From Dickeya dadantii NCPPB 898 (GTDB lineage: Bacteria; Pseudomonadota; Gammaproteobacteria; Enterobacterales; Enterobacteriaceae), in the NCBI RefSeq assembly GCF_000406145.1, contig NZ_CM001976.1:1495315-1527314 (forward strand): DNA of 32,000 nt, written 5' to 3'. Position 1 is the stretch's first letter, and the number at the start of each line of letters is the position of its first letter. The translations under genes and the position numbers were made by a program. Shown piece after piece: positions 9,151 to 19,375 of this stretch. The notes below the pieces were generated by a model, which searched no databases, was not told where the DNA came from, and was given only the letters and a program-made list of their open reading frames with translations.

Positions 9151-9226
9151 CGGTTTTTGTAACAACGCTCGGTTTTCGTAACAGCGAGCGGTTTTTGCAG
9201 GCGCTATCGATTTCCGTAGCATAATG
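9151..9226. repeat. 4 x 19-bp degenerate tandem repeat just upstream of the 9256 ORF
   Basis: CGGTTTTTGTAACAACGCT / CGGTTTTCGTAACAGCGAG / CGGTTTTTGCAGGCGCTAT / CGATTTCCGTAGCATAATG. Units 1 and 2 are 15/19 identical; units 3 and 4 match about 12/19. The last units contain TTGCAG-N16-TAGCAT, a possible sigma70 promoter. Confidence 0.7.
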
Positions 9227-9255
9227 CGCACAGGCCTGCCGGATGGAGTGTGGGA

Positions 9256-10110
9256 ATGACTTTTATTGAAAGTGGAGTAACGGCATTAGCCAACGTGGTT
9301 GAACAGGACAGTCAGGGTTGGTTTCAGGGGCATGTCGGCGCGTCGTTTCTGGCCGGCGCCGCCTTACTGGACAGCGGCCTGTTGCCGCCGCCTGCCGCCG
9401 ACAGCCTGAGAACCCGGCTGGAACGGCAGCAGCAAAAATACCACGCGCTGCTGGCGCCGTTGCCGGCCGGCGAGGTGGCTACGGACTATAGCCCTATCCT
9501 GAACGCGATAGCGCGCAACACCCGGCAGCTCAGCCGCTCCGGTCACGGCGTGATTTACGGCGCGCTGCTGCTGGATACGTTGCAGCGCACGTCGGCGGCG
9601 GTAACGGAAAATGCGGTGGCGAATATCGCCCGGCTTATCGATAACTGCGCCAGCGACAAGTGGGACCGTTACGCCGGGATCGCCGATTACCGCGCGTTTC
9701 GGCTGCCGGAGCCTGTCGAGGTGGATATTGAGGCGCTATGCGTGCTGGCGGTGCAGCGCAGCACCCATCAGGTTTATCACGATGTCGACGGGTATTTTCT
9801 GACCGGCGAAAAAATTCACGGCGTCACCCATGCGCACGCCATTTATCTGCTCAACGCGCTGGGGTATGGCGAGCTGGCGATGCAAGCCGCCTCGCAACTG
9901 GCCGTGCAACTGGTGTTGAATGACCGATTGCCGGATACGGATGTCCGGCGCGCGCAGCCCAAACCCTTTTCCGTGGCGGATGCGGCGGTGTGGGCGGACG
10001 AGTTCAGCGACGAGCATCAGATCAAGCTGGCATACAGCTATCTGGATTTGTGCCGGAAAATCAGGCAGCCGCTGGCGCGTCTGGACAATTTGTGGGGCGC
10101 GATTCGCTAA
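9256..10110 (+). CDS. Hypothetical protein, family not recognised with confidence
   Basis: ORF 9250-10110; ATG 9256 lies 9 nt after GGAG. Codon usage matches the GC-rich neighbours. Three His-Gly containing helical motifs (GHVGASFLAGAALLDSG, SGHGVIYGALLLDTL, IHGVTHAHAIYLLNALGYG) weakly recall questin-oxidase-like DUF4243 proteins. That is only an impression. Confidence 0.6.
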   Translation: MTFIESGVTALANVVEQDSQGWFQGHVGASFLAGAALLDSGLLPPPAADSLRTRLERQQQKYHALLAPLPAGEVATDYSPILNAIARNTRQLSRSGHGVIYGALLLDTLQRTSAAVTENAVANIARLIDNCASDKWDRYAGIADYRAFRLPEPVEVDIEALCVLAVQRSTHQVYHDVDGYFLTGEKIHGVTHAHAIYLLNALGYGELAMQAASQLAVQLVLNDRLPDTDVRRAQPKPFSVADAAVWADEFSDEHQIKLAYSYLDLCRKIRQPLARLDNLWGAIR

Positions 10111-10225
10111 CGTGACCGCAGAAAGCTTTCACGATTTGGTTCAACGTCGGCTTTACTTCATGTGCAGCGTAGGAAGAGGGCGTAGCGGCATGGCCGCCAG
10201 CCCGTTAAGCGATGTGGCCTGATGC

Positions 10226-10250
10226 GCCCCGGCGCGGAAAACGCCGGGGC
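10226..10250. terminator. GC-rich hairpin between the convergent 9256 ORF and katG (possible bidirectional terminator)
   Basis: GCCCCGGCG-cggaaaa-CGCCGGGGC forms a perfect 9-bp stem 11 nt past the katG stop. There is no clear U-tract on either strand. Confidence 0.35.
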
Positions 10251-10260
10251 AGAGCGATGA

Positions 10261-12474
<2,214 letters not shown>

Positions 12475-13007
12475 TCATGCTCATGTGTCCCCATCAACCC
12501 GGCCGAACCGCGTGCCGGGCAGTGAGCTGTGGACAGGAAATTGCTCATAATGCTGACGTTGGGTGCTGCGCCAGTTTCTAACGCAATAATTTGAATTTCA
12601 TAGCATAGTTCTCGTGCGACACGTGGTGATCCAGTGTCCTTTGGTTGAAATTCACTATTTATCTTAGTCAGCGTCTGGTCAGAGATAAAATCGAATTACA
12701 TGAATATTGTGATAGATAATGGCTATTTAACCGCGAAGATTAATAAGTAAAGCAATTGTTAACGCCAGGTATGCAGGGCAAGCTACGGCAAACCGACCGG
12801 TAGACCGGGCGGCAGAGCACAGCATGTGTCGTCATGACACGGCGCTTGCGGCGCTGATGCAACGTACGCTTTTCCGGCAGCGGTTGTTTTCAACTGTATC
12901 TTTCATTTCAATGATTAATGAATTACGTAGGAATGTTTCCTGCTTCTGCACCGTTTGCCGATGTCATTTATAGTGCGGCCACACGATGAATCAATATCTT
13001 TACCCTG

Positions 13008-13068
13008 GGCTGCGTCCGTGAAGGCGGCGTGATAGCCGCTGGTGATCATTTCACCGCGGGACGCAGCC
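13008..13068 (+). promoter_or_regulatory. Extended imperfect hairpin in the leader of the ftsI-like gene
   Basis: GGCTGCGTCC (13008-13017) pairs with GGACGCAGCC (13059-13068). An inner GTGAA/TTCAC pair and a GGCGGC..GCCGCT helix add to it. TTATTTCAGTT follows, and ATG 13090 lies 22 nt downstream. Confidence 0.3.
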
Positions 13069-13089
13069 TTATTTCAGTTGGCGCGGTTT

Positions 13090-14787
13090 ATGCTTAAAAG
13101 ACATTCTACAGGTGTGGGTGTGACCTATTTTCAGGGTCGCTTTGTTTTGTTGTGTGTCGGTATCTGCGTTTGCCTGGTGCTATTGATGGCCCGCGTCGGG
13201 TATTTGCAGGTGGTGGCAAGCCTGCAACTGGAGAAAGAAGCCAATCAGCGTTCGCTGCGCGAACTGGTGATGCAGCCGTTGCGCGGCAGCATCACCGATC
13301 GCAACGGCCACCCGCTGGCGGTCAGCGTGGCCTCCAATGACGTGGTGGCCGATCCGGTGCATGTGCTGGAGAGCGACCCGACGCTCGCCGGTGCGCAATG
13401 GAGCGCGCTGTCCACCGCATTATCGCTGCCGCTCAGCGCCATTAAAGACAAGATTCAGGAGAATGCTCACCGCCATTTTCTCTATATCTCGCGTCAGGTT
13501 GAGGCCGGGATCGCCGACTACGTGCATCAATTGCACATTGGCGGCATCTCGACCCCGAACGATGCCAGCCGCTATTACCCGATGAGCGACGCGGTGTCCA
13601 ACCTCATCGGCATCGTCGGGCTGGATGGACAGGGGCTGGACGGCATTGAGCGCAGTTTCAACAAGTTGTTGCAGGGTAAGCCGGGGTTACGGGTTTACCG
13701 CAAAGATCGTTACGGCAACGTGGTCAGCCTGATGGCCGACGATCCGGCACAGCAGGCGCCGACGCTGACCCTGAGTATCGACAGTTATCTGCAGTTCGTT
13801 CTCTATTCGCACCTGCGTGACGGCGTACAACTGAACAAGGCCGATTCCGGTGCCGCGGTGCTGATTGACGTTAACACCGGCGAGATCCTCGGCATGGCCA
13901 GCTACCCATCCTACAATCCCAATCATTACGAAGGCGAGCCGCAGAAGAACATGCGGAATGTGGCGATGTCGGACAGTTTTGAACCGGGGTCGACCGTTAA
14001 ACCGTTGGTGGTGATGGCAGGGTTGCAACGTCATCTGATCCGGCCCGATTCGGTCATCGATACCACGCCTTATCCGGTGAACGGGCACCTGATTAAAGAC
14101 GTCGGGCACTGGAGCCGGCTGACCATCACCGGCATTTTGCAAAAATCCAGCGATATCGGGGTATCCCACATTGCACTGGCGATGCCGGCAAATGTGCTGG
14201 TCGATCTTTATCATCGCTTTGGGCTTGGCGTTGCCAGCGGGTTGGGGATCGAGGGCGAAACCAGCGGTTATTTCCCGCTGCACCGCGAGCGGTGGTCCGA
14301 TATTGAGCGCGCGACCTTTGCGTTCGGATATGGGCTGCGCGTCACGCCGCTGCAGATTGCGCGCGAGTACGCCACCATCGGCTCCTTCGGCGTTTATCGC
14401 CCGGTGTCCATCACCAAAGTGACGCCGCCGGTCATCGGCACCCGGGTGATCGACGAAGATGTGGCGAGGACGGTGGTGCATATGATGGAGAGCGATGCCT
14501 TGCCCGGCGGTAGCGGGGTAACGGCCGCCGTCCCCGGCTACCGCCTGGCGATTAAAACCGGTACGGCCGAGAAAATGGGCGCCGACGGCAAATACGACGG
14601 CGGTTACGTCAACTACACCGCCGGGGTAGCGCCGGCCAGTCAGCCGCGGGTAGCGCTGGTGGTGATGATCAACCATCCCGACGCTGGCAAACACTTCGGC
14701 GGCTCGGTCGCCGGCCCGGTCTTCGGTCACATCATGGGGGATGTGCTGCGCCACATGGATATTCCGCCAGACGCGCTCACCCAATAA
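13090..14787 (+). CDS. Class B penicillin-binding protein, PBP3/FtsI paralog (peptidoglycan D,D-transpeptidase) outside a dcw cluster
   Basis: ORF 13042-14787. ATG 13090 aligns best with the E. coli FtsI N-terminus. The protein is collinear with FtsI throughout (SITDRNGHPLAVS, FEPGSTVKP, LQKSSDIGVS, AIKTGTAEK, YTAGVAPASQPRVALVVMI). No mraZ/rsmH/ftsL/murE neighbours are present. Confidence 0.9.
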   Translation: MLKRHSTGVGVTYFQGRFVLLCVGICVCLVLLMARVGYLQVVASLQLEKEANQRSLRELVMQPLRGSITDRNGHPLAVSVASNDVVADPVHVLESDPTLAGAQWSALSTALSLPLSAIKDKIQENAHRHFLYISRQVEAGIADYVHQLHIGGISTPNDASRYYPMSDAVSNLIGIVGLDGQGLDGIERSFNKLLQGKPGLRVYRKDRYGNVVSLMADDPAQQAPTLTLSIDSYLQFVLYSHLRDGVQLNKADSGAAVLIDVNTGEILGMASYPSYNPNHYEGEPQKNMRNVAMSDSFEPGSTVKPLVVMAGLQRHLIRPDSVIDTTPYPVNGHLIKDVGHWSRLTITGILQKSSDIGVSHIALAMPANVLVDLYHRFGLGVASGLGIEGETSGYFPLHRERWSDIERATFAFGYGLRVTPLQIAREYATIGSFGVYRPVSITKVTPPVIGTRVIDEDVARTVVHMMESDALPGGSGVTAAVPGYRLAIKTGTAEKMGADGKYDGGYVNYTAGVAPASQPRVALVVMINHPDAGKHFGGSVAGPVFGHIMGDVLRHMDIPPDALTQ

Positions 14788-15005
14788 TCCTTGCTGTTAG
14801 CGGCGCCGGCAAGCGGATTTGTCGGCGCTGGCGCGTACCTAATAGCTTTCATGATCTACCTCAATGAAGTGTGATGTTTTTATAAAAGTTCATACGCGAG
14901 GCGAGTACGTATTTCTTTCGCGGTGTACTATTCCCTCGCGATGTATATGCCCGCATGATTTTTCTTGTTGAGGTTAATTTGTCGTAATAATAGGGGTTAC
15001 CCGTT

Positions 15006-15803
15006 GTGGCGCAATTAATAATGAATGACAGGGTCATGGATGATATAGCGAGTGATGGTTTACTCAATGAAGTAAAGCATTACTGGAACAAGAGAGCGGA
15101 AGGATATAACGATGTTAACGTCGCTGAATTAGCAGGCGACAAGCGCCGGTTATGGCAGGATGTTATTTTACATCATGCCCCGAAAAAGCCGCTGTTGAAT
15201 ATATTGGATGTCGGCGCCGGGCCGGGTTTTTTCGCCGTCACGCTGGCGATGGCGGGGCATAATGTTACCGCGGTGGATGCAACGCCCGGCATGCTGGTGC
15301 AAGCCAAAAATAATGCCGATGTTTATGGCGTTGATATCAATTTTGTGGCGTCGGATGTGCATACGTTGCCGTTCCCGGATAACCATTTCGATGTGCTGGT
15401 GACGCGCAATGTCACCTGGAATCTGAAACAACCGCAGGCGGCCTATCAGGAGTGGCGGCGGGTATTAGCTCCCGGCGGTCGTCTGATTAATTTCGATGCT
15501 AATTGGTACGCCCATCTTTTTGATGCCGAGGCGCGCGACGGCTATTTGCGCGATCGGCAGAATGCCCGTCGCCTGAAGATTAATGACCACTATGCTAACA
15601 CGGACACGGTAGCGATGGAGAATATTGCCAGAGCGCTGCCGTTAAGCCGGGAAATACGCCCGGAGTGGGATCGTCACTCTCTGCTGGCGTGTGGTTTTAA
15701 TCAGGTTTTCATCGATGAAAATATTGCCGAAAACCTCTGGGATGACGAAGAGAAAATTAACTACGCGTCGACGCCGATGTTTATGGTGGTTGCGGAAAAA
15801 TAG
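15006..15803 (+). CDS. Class I SAM-dependent methyltransferase
   Basis: 265 aa. SAM motif I is ILDVGAGPGFFAVTLAMAGHNVTAVDATPGML; the post-I/II region is FDVLVTRNVTWNL..LAPGGRLINFD. The start is ambiguous (GTG 15006, ATG 15021 or ATG 15036). The gene is noticeably more AT-rich than flanking genes. Confidence 0.85.
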   Translation: MAQLIMNDRVMDDIASDGLLNEVKHYWNKRAEGYNDVNVAELAGDKRRLWQDVILHHAPKKPLLNILDVGAGPGFFAVTLAMAGHNVTAVDATPGMLVQAKNNADVYGVDINFVASDVHTLPFPDNHFDVLVTRNVTWNLKQPQAAYQEWRRVLAPGGRLINFDANWYAHLFDAEARDGYLRDRQNARRLKINDHYANTDTVAMENIARALPLSREIRPEWDRHSLLACGFNQVFIDENIAENLWDDEEKINYASTPMFMVVAEK

Positions 15804-15810
15804 ACCGCTA

Positions 15811-15834
15811 TACCCGTCATACTACCCGTCATAC
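15811..15834. repeat. 2 x 12-bp perfect tandem duplication (TACCCGTCATAC) in the methyltransferase-nikA spacer
   Basis: TACCCGTCATAC occurs twice back to back. Each copy contains TCATAC, the E. coli NikR operator half-site. Confidence 0.8.
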
Positions 15835-15887
15835 TTCACGTTGCAGGTGCGTTGGCGTTTCTTGTTTATTTTTTCAGGGGAAGGGTG

Positions 15888-17462
15888 ATGTTTGGGATAC
15901 GGCCAATCACACTGGCGGTGTTAATACTGTGCCTGTTCTCCGGCGTATTTTCGGTGTACGCCGGCGCTGCGGATAATCAACTGGTGTACGCCAGCACCAA
16001 AGATATTCGTGATATTAATCCTCATCTTTATGCCGGTGAAATGGCCGCCCAGAATATGGTGTTCGAGTCGCTGGTTATGAATACGCCCGAGGGGGTGAAA
16101 CCCTGGCTGGCGGAAAGCTGGACGATATCGCCCGATGGCAAACAGTATATTTTCAATTTACGCCACGATGTTCGGTTTACCGATGGCGAGCCGTTAACGG
16201 CCGAGGCCGTCAAACAGAACATAGAGGCGGTGCTGGATAATTATCCGCGCCATGCCTGGCTTGAGCTGGTGCAACAGATCGATAAAGTGACTGCGCTGGA
16301 CCGCTATCGCGTCGAAATCACACTCAAAAATCCCTATTACCCGACGCTAATCGAACTGGGGCTGACCAGACCGTTCCGTTTTGTGTCGCCCAACGCGTTT
16401 ATCGACGGTAAAACCAAAAACGGCATCACGGGGTCTGTGGGAACCGGCCCCTGGCTGCTGGCGGAGCATAAAACCAATCAATACGCGCGGTTTGTCGTCA
16501 ACCCGAATTATTGGGGCGGCCGGCCGCGCCTTGACAGCGTGGTGTGGCGGGTGATGCCCGATCGGCAGTCGATGCTGATGGCGCTGCAAAAAGAAGAGAT
16601 CCAGCTCATTTTCGGCGCGGACGGCGATATGCTGGATATGGACAGCTTTGCCGCGCTGCAGGCATCGGGAAAATACCGGACGTTGATCAGCCCGCCGGTC
16701 GCTTCCCGCGCGCTGGTGCTGAATAGCGGTCGTCCCATCACCGGGGATAAAGCGGTGCGTCAGGCGTTGCAATACGCCATTGATAAAGCGGCGATCGCCA
16801 GCGGGATTATGGATAACACCGAAAGCGTGGCCGATACCCTGATGTCGCGCCGTGTGCCTTATTGCGATATCGATTTGCCGGTTTACCGGTTTAATCCGCA
16901 GCAGGCCGGAACATTGTTGGAAGCGGCCGGCTGGCATCTGGCGGCGGGAAAGACGGTGCGGGAAAAGCAGGGCAAGGCGCTGACGCTGATGCTGTCTTAC
17001 AACCGCAATAACGCGGCGGAAAGGGAAATTGCCGAACTAATTCAGGATGACCTGAAAAAGATCGGCGTGCAGCTGACTATTCTGGGGGAAGAAAAGCAGG
17101 CGTTTTTGGACCGCCAAAAATCGGGCGACTTTGACCTGCAATATTCGTTGTCATGGGGAACGCCTTACGACCCGGCTTCGTATATTTCGTCGTTCCGTAT
17201 TCCCGCCCATGCCGACTATCAGGCGCAGAAGGGATTACGCCGCAAGCCTGAAATCGATAGCCTGATTGGCGAAATATTGCTGACGCCGAATGAAACACGG
17301 CGGCAGGAACGGTATACGCGGTTATTCACGCTGCTGGCTGATGAAGCGGTGTATATCCCGTTAACCTATTCAAAAACCAAAGCTATCTATTCGCCCACGC
17401 TGAACGGGGTGTCGTTTAACTCATCACAGTATGAGATTCCCTTTGAGAAAATGTATTTCTGA
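15888..17462 (+). CDS. nikA: Nickel/metallophore ABC transporter periplasmic binding protein (family 5, NikA-like)
   Basis: Start ATG 15888 gives the signal peptide MFGIRPITLAVLILCLFSGVFSVYAGA. The protein is collinear with E. coli NikA (NPHLY..QNMVFESLV..PWLAESW..AVLDNYPRHAWLEL..TRPFRFVSPNAF..GTGPW..WGTPYDP..IPAHADYQAQKGL). Confidence 0.85.
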   Translation: MFGIRPITLAVLILCLFSGVFSVYAGAADNQLVYASTKDIRDINPHLYAGEMAAQNMVFESLVMNTPEGVKPWLAESWTISPDGKQYIFNLRHDVRFTDGEPLTAEAVKQNIEAVLDNYPRHAWLELVQQIDKVTALDRYRVEITLKNPYYPTLIELGLTRPFRFVSPNAFIDGKTKNGITGSVGTGPWLLAEHKTNQYARFVVNPNYWGGRPRLDSVVWRVMPDRQSMLMALQKEEIQLIFGADGDMLDMDSFAALQASGKYRTLISPPVASRALVLNSGRPITGDKAVRQALQYAIDKAAIASGIMDNTESVADTLMSRRVPYCDIDLPVYRFNPQQAGTLLEAAGWHLAAGKTVREKQGKALTLMLSYNRNNAAEREIAELIQDDLKKIGVQLTILGEEKQAFLDRQKSGDFDLQYSLSWGTPYDPASYISSFRIPAHADYQAQKGLRRKPEIDSLIGEILLTPNETRRQERYTRLFTLLADEAVYIPLTYSKTKAIYSPTLNGVSFNSSQYEIPFEKMYF

Positions 17463-17534
17463 TCGCCGAACGATGTTCCCGACAGGGCGTGTTGCCAACG
17501 CTGCGTCGGGGAAATGCACAGGAAAACAGAGCTG

Positions 17535-18467
17535 ATGCGTGCATATTTCATCAAACGATTATTTATGACGGCGCCGCTGGCCGTGGTGATGTCGTTGGTG
17601 GCTTTTTCGCTGCTGAATCTGGTGCCTGCCGACCCGGCTGAAGTGGCCTTGCGTGTGAATGAAATCGTGCCGACCGATGAGGCGGTGCAGCTGATGCGCC
17701 AGGAGTTAGGGCTGGACCGGCCTTTCCTTCAACGTTATTTACTCTGGCTCTGGAAGGTACTGCACGTTGATTTCGGCACCTCGTTTATCACCCGACGGCC
17801 GGTATGGCATGAATTTATGCAGGCGCTGCCCGCCACGCTGTATCTGGCCGCGGTGTCGCTGGTGATGATCGTCACGCTGTCGCTGACGTTGGGCATCGCC
17901 TGCGCGGTAACCGAAAATCCCCCTTTCGACAAAGTGGTTCGTAGCCTGGTTTTCCTGACGGTCGCCATCCCTAATTATTGGATTGGCTTGCTGTTGCTGT
18001 GGGGACTGGCGGTCAAGATGAACCTGTTTCCTGTCGGCGGCATGCAAGACGCGCACTCCGTTATTTTGCCGTCATGCACCCTGATGCTGGGATACATCGG
18101 CACCTATATTCGGCTGATCCGGGGAAGTATGATCGGTAATTTGCGGCAAAATTACGTGTTGTACGCCAGAGCGAGAGGGCTGCCGGCGCCGCTGATTATC
18201 GGTAAACATGTGCTGGTGAATTCCCTGCACGCGTCTTTGGTGGCGATTGGTATGAGCATCCCAAAATTAATTGCCGGCACGGTGGTGATCGAAAATATCT
18301 TTGCCTGGCCCGGCGTGGGCCGGCTGTGCCTTTCGGCTATTTTCAATCGTGACTATCCGATGATTCAGGCCTACATGTTGCTGATGGCGCTGCTGTTCCT
18401 GGGGTGTAATTTTTTGACCGACCTGTTGCAGGTCAAACTTGACCCGCGAATCAGGGGGGAAGGTTAA
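17535..18467 (+). CDS. nikB: Nickel ABC transporter permease NikB-like
   Basis: ORF 17514-18467; ATG 17535 (MRAYFIKRLF..) aligns with the E. coli NikB start. Conserved IENIFAWPGVGRLCLSAIFNRDYPMIQ and LDPRIR. Confidence 0.85.
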   Translation: MRAYFIKRLFMTAPLAVVMSLVAFSLLNLVPADPAEVALRVNEIVPTDEAVQLMRQELGLDRPFLQRYLLWLWKVLHVDFGTSFITRRPVWHEFMQALPATLYLAAVSLVMIVTLSLTLGIACAVTENPPFDKVVRSLVFLTVAIPNYWIGLLLLWGLAVKMNLFPVGGMQDAHSVILPSCTLMLGYIGTYIRLIRGSMIGNLRQNYVLYARARGLPAPLIIGKHVLVNSLHASLVAIGMSIPKLIAGTVVIENIFAWPGVGRLCLSAIFNRDYPMIQAYMLLMALLFLGCNFLTDLLQVKLDPRIRGEG

Positions 18468-18469
18468 GT

Positions 18470-19369
18470 ATGGCGTGGGCTATCGGAAAAAAAATCACCC
18501 AGGATCGACTGGCCTTGCTGTGTGGTCTGTTGCTGCTAACGGTGTTGATTGTCGGTGTTTTCGCGCCGTATATCGCACCGCATGATCCGGCGTTGACGTC
18601 GGTCAGGCACAAGTATCAGGGCGCCAGCCTGCTCTATCCGCTCGGTACGGATAATCTGGGCCGGTGCGTTTTTTCGCGTCTGGTGTTTGGCGTGAGAACC
18701 ACGGTGTTTTATAGCATCGCGGCCATGATGTTGACCGTGCTGGCCGGCGCAATCGTTGGCCTGATCGCCGGTTATTTCAAAGGCAGAATCGACGGATTGT
18801 TAATGCGCGCCTGCGACGCCATGCTCTCTTTTCCCGGCGAGGTGATGATTTTTGCCATCGTGGGGATTATCGGGCCGGGAATGCAAAACATCCTGCTGGC
18901 GGTGGTGCTGGCGAAATGGGCCTGGTATGCGCGTATGGTCAGAGGGATGACGCTGCGGCACGGCAGTAAAAATTATGTCAATTACGCGCGTATTATTGCC
19001 GCGCCTCCGGTCTATGTCATGCGCCGGCACTTGTTGCCGGCCGCCGCCGCCGACCTGATTATTCTGGCGTCCGCGGATATTGGTAGCGTGATACTGATGA
19101 TCTCCGCGCTCTCTTTCCTGGGGCTGGGCGCCCAGCCGCCGTTGCCGGAATGGGGAAATATGCTCAGCGAGGCGAAAAACGTCATGCTGACTCACCCGAC
19201 GCAAATGTTGCCCGCCGGCATCGCCATTGCCGTAGTGGTCGCCGCCTGCCATGTGGTCGGCGATTTTTTGCGCGACGCGCTGGACCCCGCCGCTTATGCC
19301 GACAAGACGGTTTACGCCGACAATAGCGCTTATGCTGACAGTACCGCTTATGCCGACAGCAAAGAGTAG
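18470..19369 (+). CDS. nikC: Nickel ABC transporter permease NikC-like with a repeat-containing C-terminal tail
   Basis: 299 aa. LGTDNLGRCVFSRL..AKWAWYARMVRG..LSFLGLGAQPPLPEWG..VGDFLRDALDP is collinear with E. coli NikC. An extra tail, AAYADKTVYADNSAYADSTAYADSKE, follows. Confidence 0.85.
   Translation: MAWAIGKKITQDRLALLCGLLLLTVLIVGVFAPYIAPHDPALTSVRHKYQGASLLYPLGTDNLGRCVFSRLVFGVRTTVFYSIAAMMLTVLAGAIVGLIAGYFKGRIDGLLMRACDAMLSFPGEVMIFAIVGIIGPGMQNILLAVVLAKWAWYARMVRGMTLRHGSKNYVNYARIIAAPPVYVMRRHLLPAAAADLIILASADIGSVILMISALSFLGLGAQPPLPEWGNMLSEAKNVMLTHPTQMLPAGIAIAVVVAACHVVGDFLRDALDPAAYADKTVYADNSAYADSTAYADSKE
19292..19363 (+). repeat. 4 x 18-bp in-frame tandem repeat encoding (A/V)YAD(K/N/S)x at the NikC C-terminus
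   Basis: GCTTATGCCGACAAGACG / GTTTACGCCGACAATAGC / GCTTATGCTGACAGTACC / GCTTATGCCGACAGCAAA, followed by GAG TAG. Confidence 0.85.
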
Positions 19370-19375
19370 GCCACG

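Noticed and set aside
8972-9226. A CRISPR array.
   Set aside because: The units are contiguous with no spacers, are only 18-19 bp long and lack an internal palindrome. No cas genes are in the window.
12712-12726. ATAG-N7-CTAT (ATAGATAATGGCTAT) as the OxyR site of katG.
   Set aside because: Only one half of the four-element OxyR motif is present; the flanking positions 7 nt away do not match. It also lies about 250 nt upstream of the katG ATG. An OxyR site is expected somewhere in 12463-12750, but I cannot place it from sequence alone.
12911-12973. A small Cys-rich ORF (MINELRRNVSCFCTVCRCHL) in the katG/ftsI-like spacer.
   Set aside because: It is 20 codons with no Shine-Dalgarno sequence and no supporting signal. 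It cannot be distinguished from chance in an AT-rich spacer.
13687-14784. A long antisense ORF (365 aa) nested in the ftsI-like gene. Similar shadow ORFs occur at 5997-6716, 6643-7335, 7088-7984, 11071-12015, 16347-16937, 18800-19603, 21617-22216 and 23454-24002.
   Set aside because: Their translations are Arg/Gly/His/Pro-rich low-complexity strings with no family resemblance. They are fully nested opposite genes that have strong homology-type evidence. This is the expected behaviour of stop-poor antisense frames in GC-rich DNA.
14895-14940. The imperfect inverted repeat CGCGAGG..CCTCGCG (34-nt spacing) upstream of the methyltransferase, as an operator.
   Set aside because: The arms are short (7 bp) and widely spaced, and no cognate regulator is nearby. 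It is too weak to call.
14861-15067. A 68-aa minus-strand ORF overlapping the methyltransferase start.
   Set aside because: It lies in an AT-rich intergenic or promoter region, overlaps the better-supported methyltransferase gene and has no recognisable motifs.
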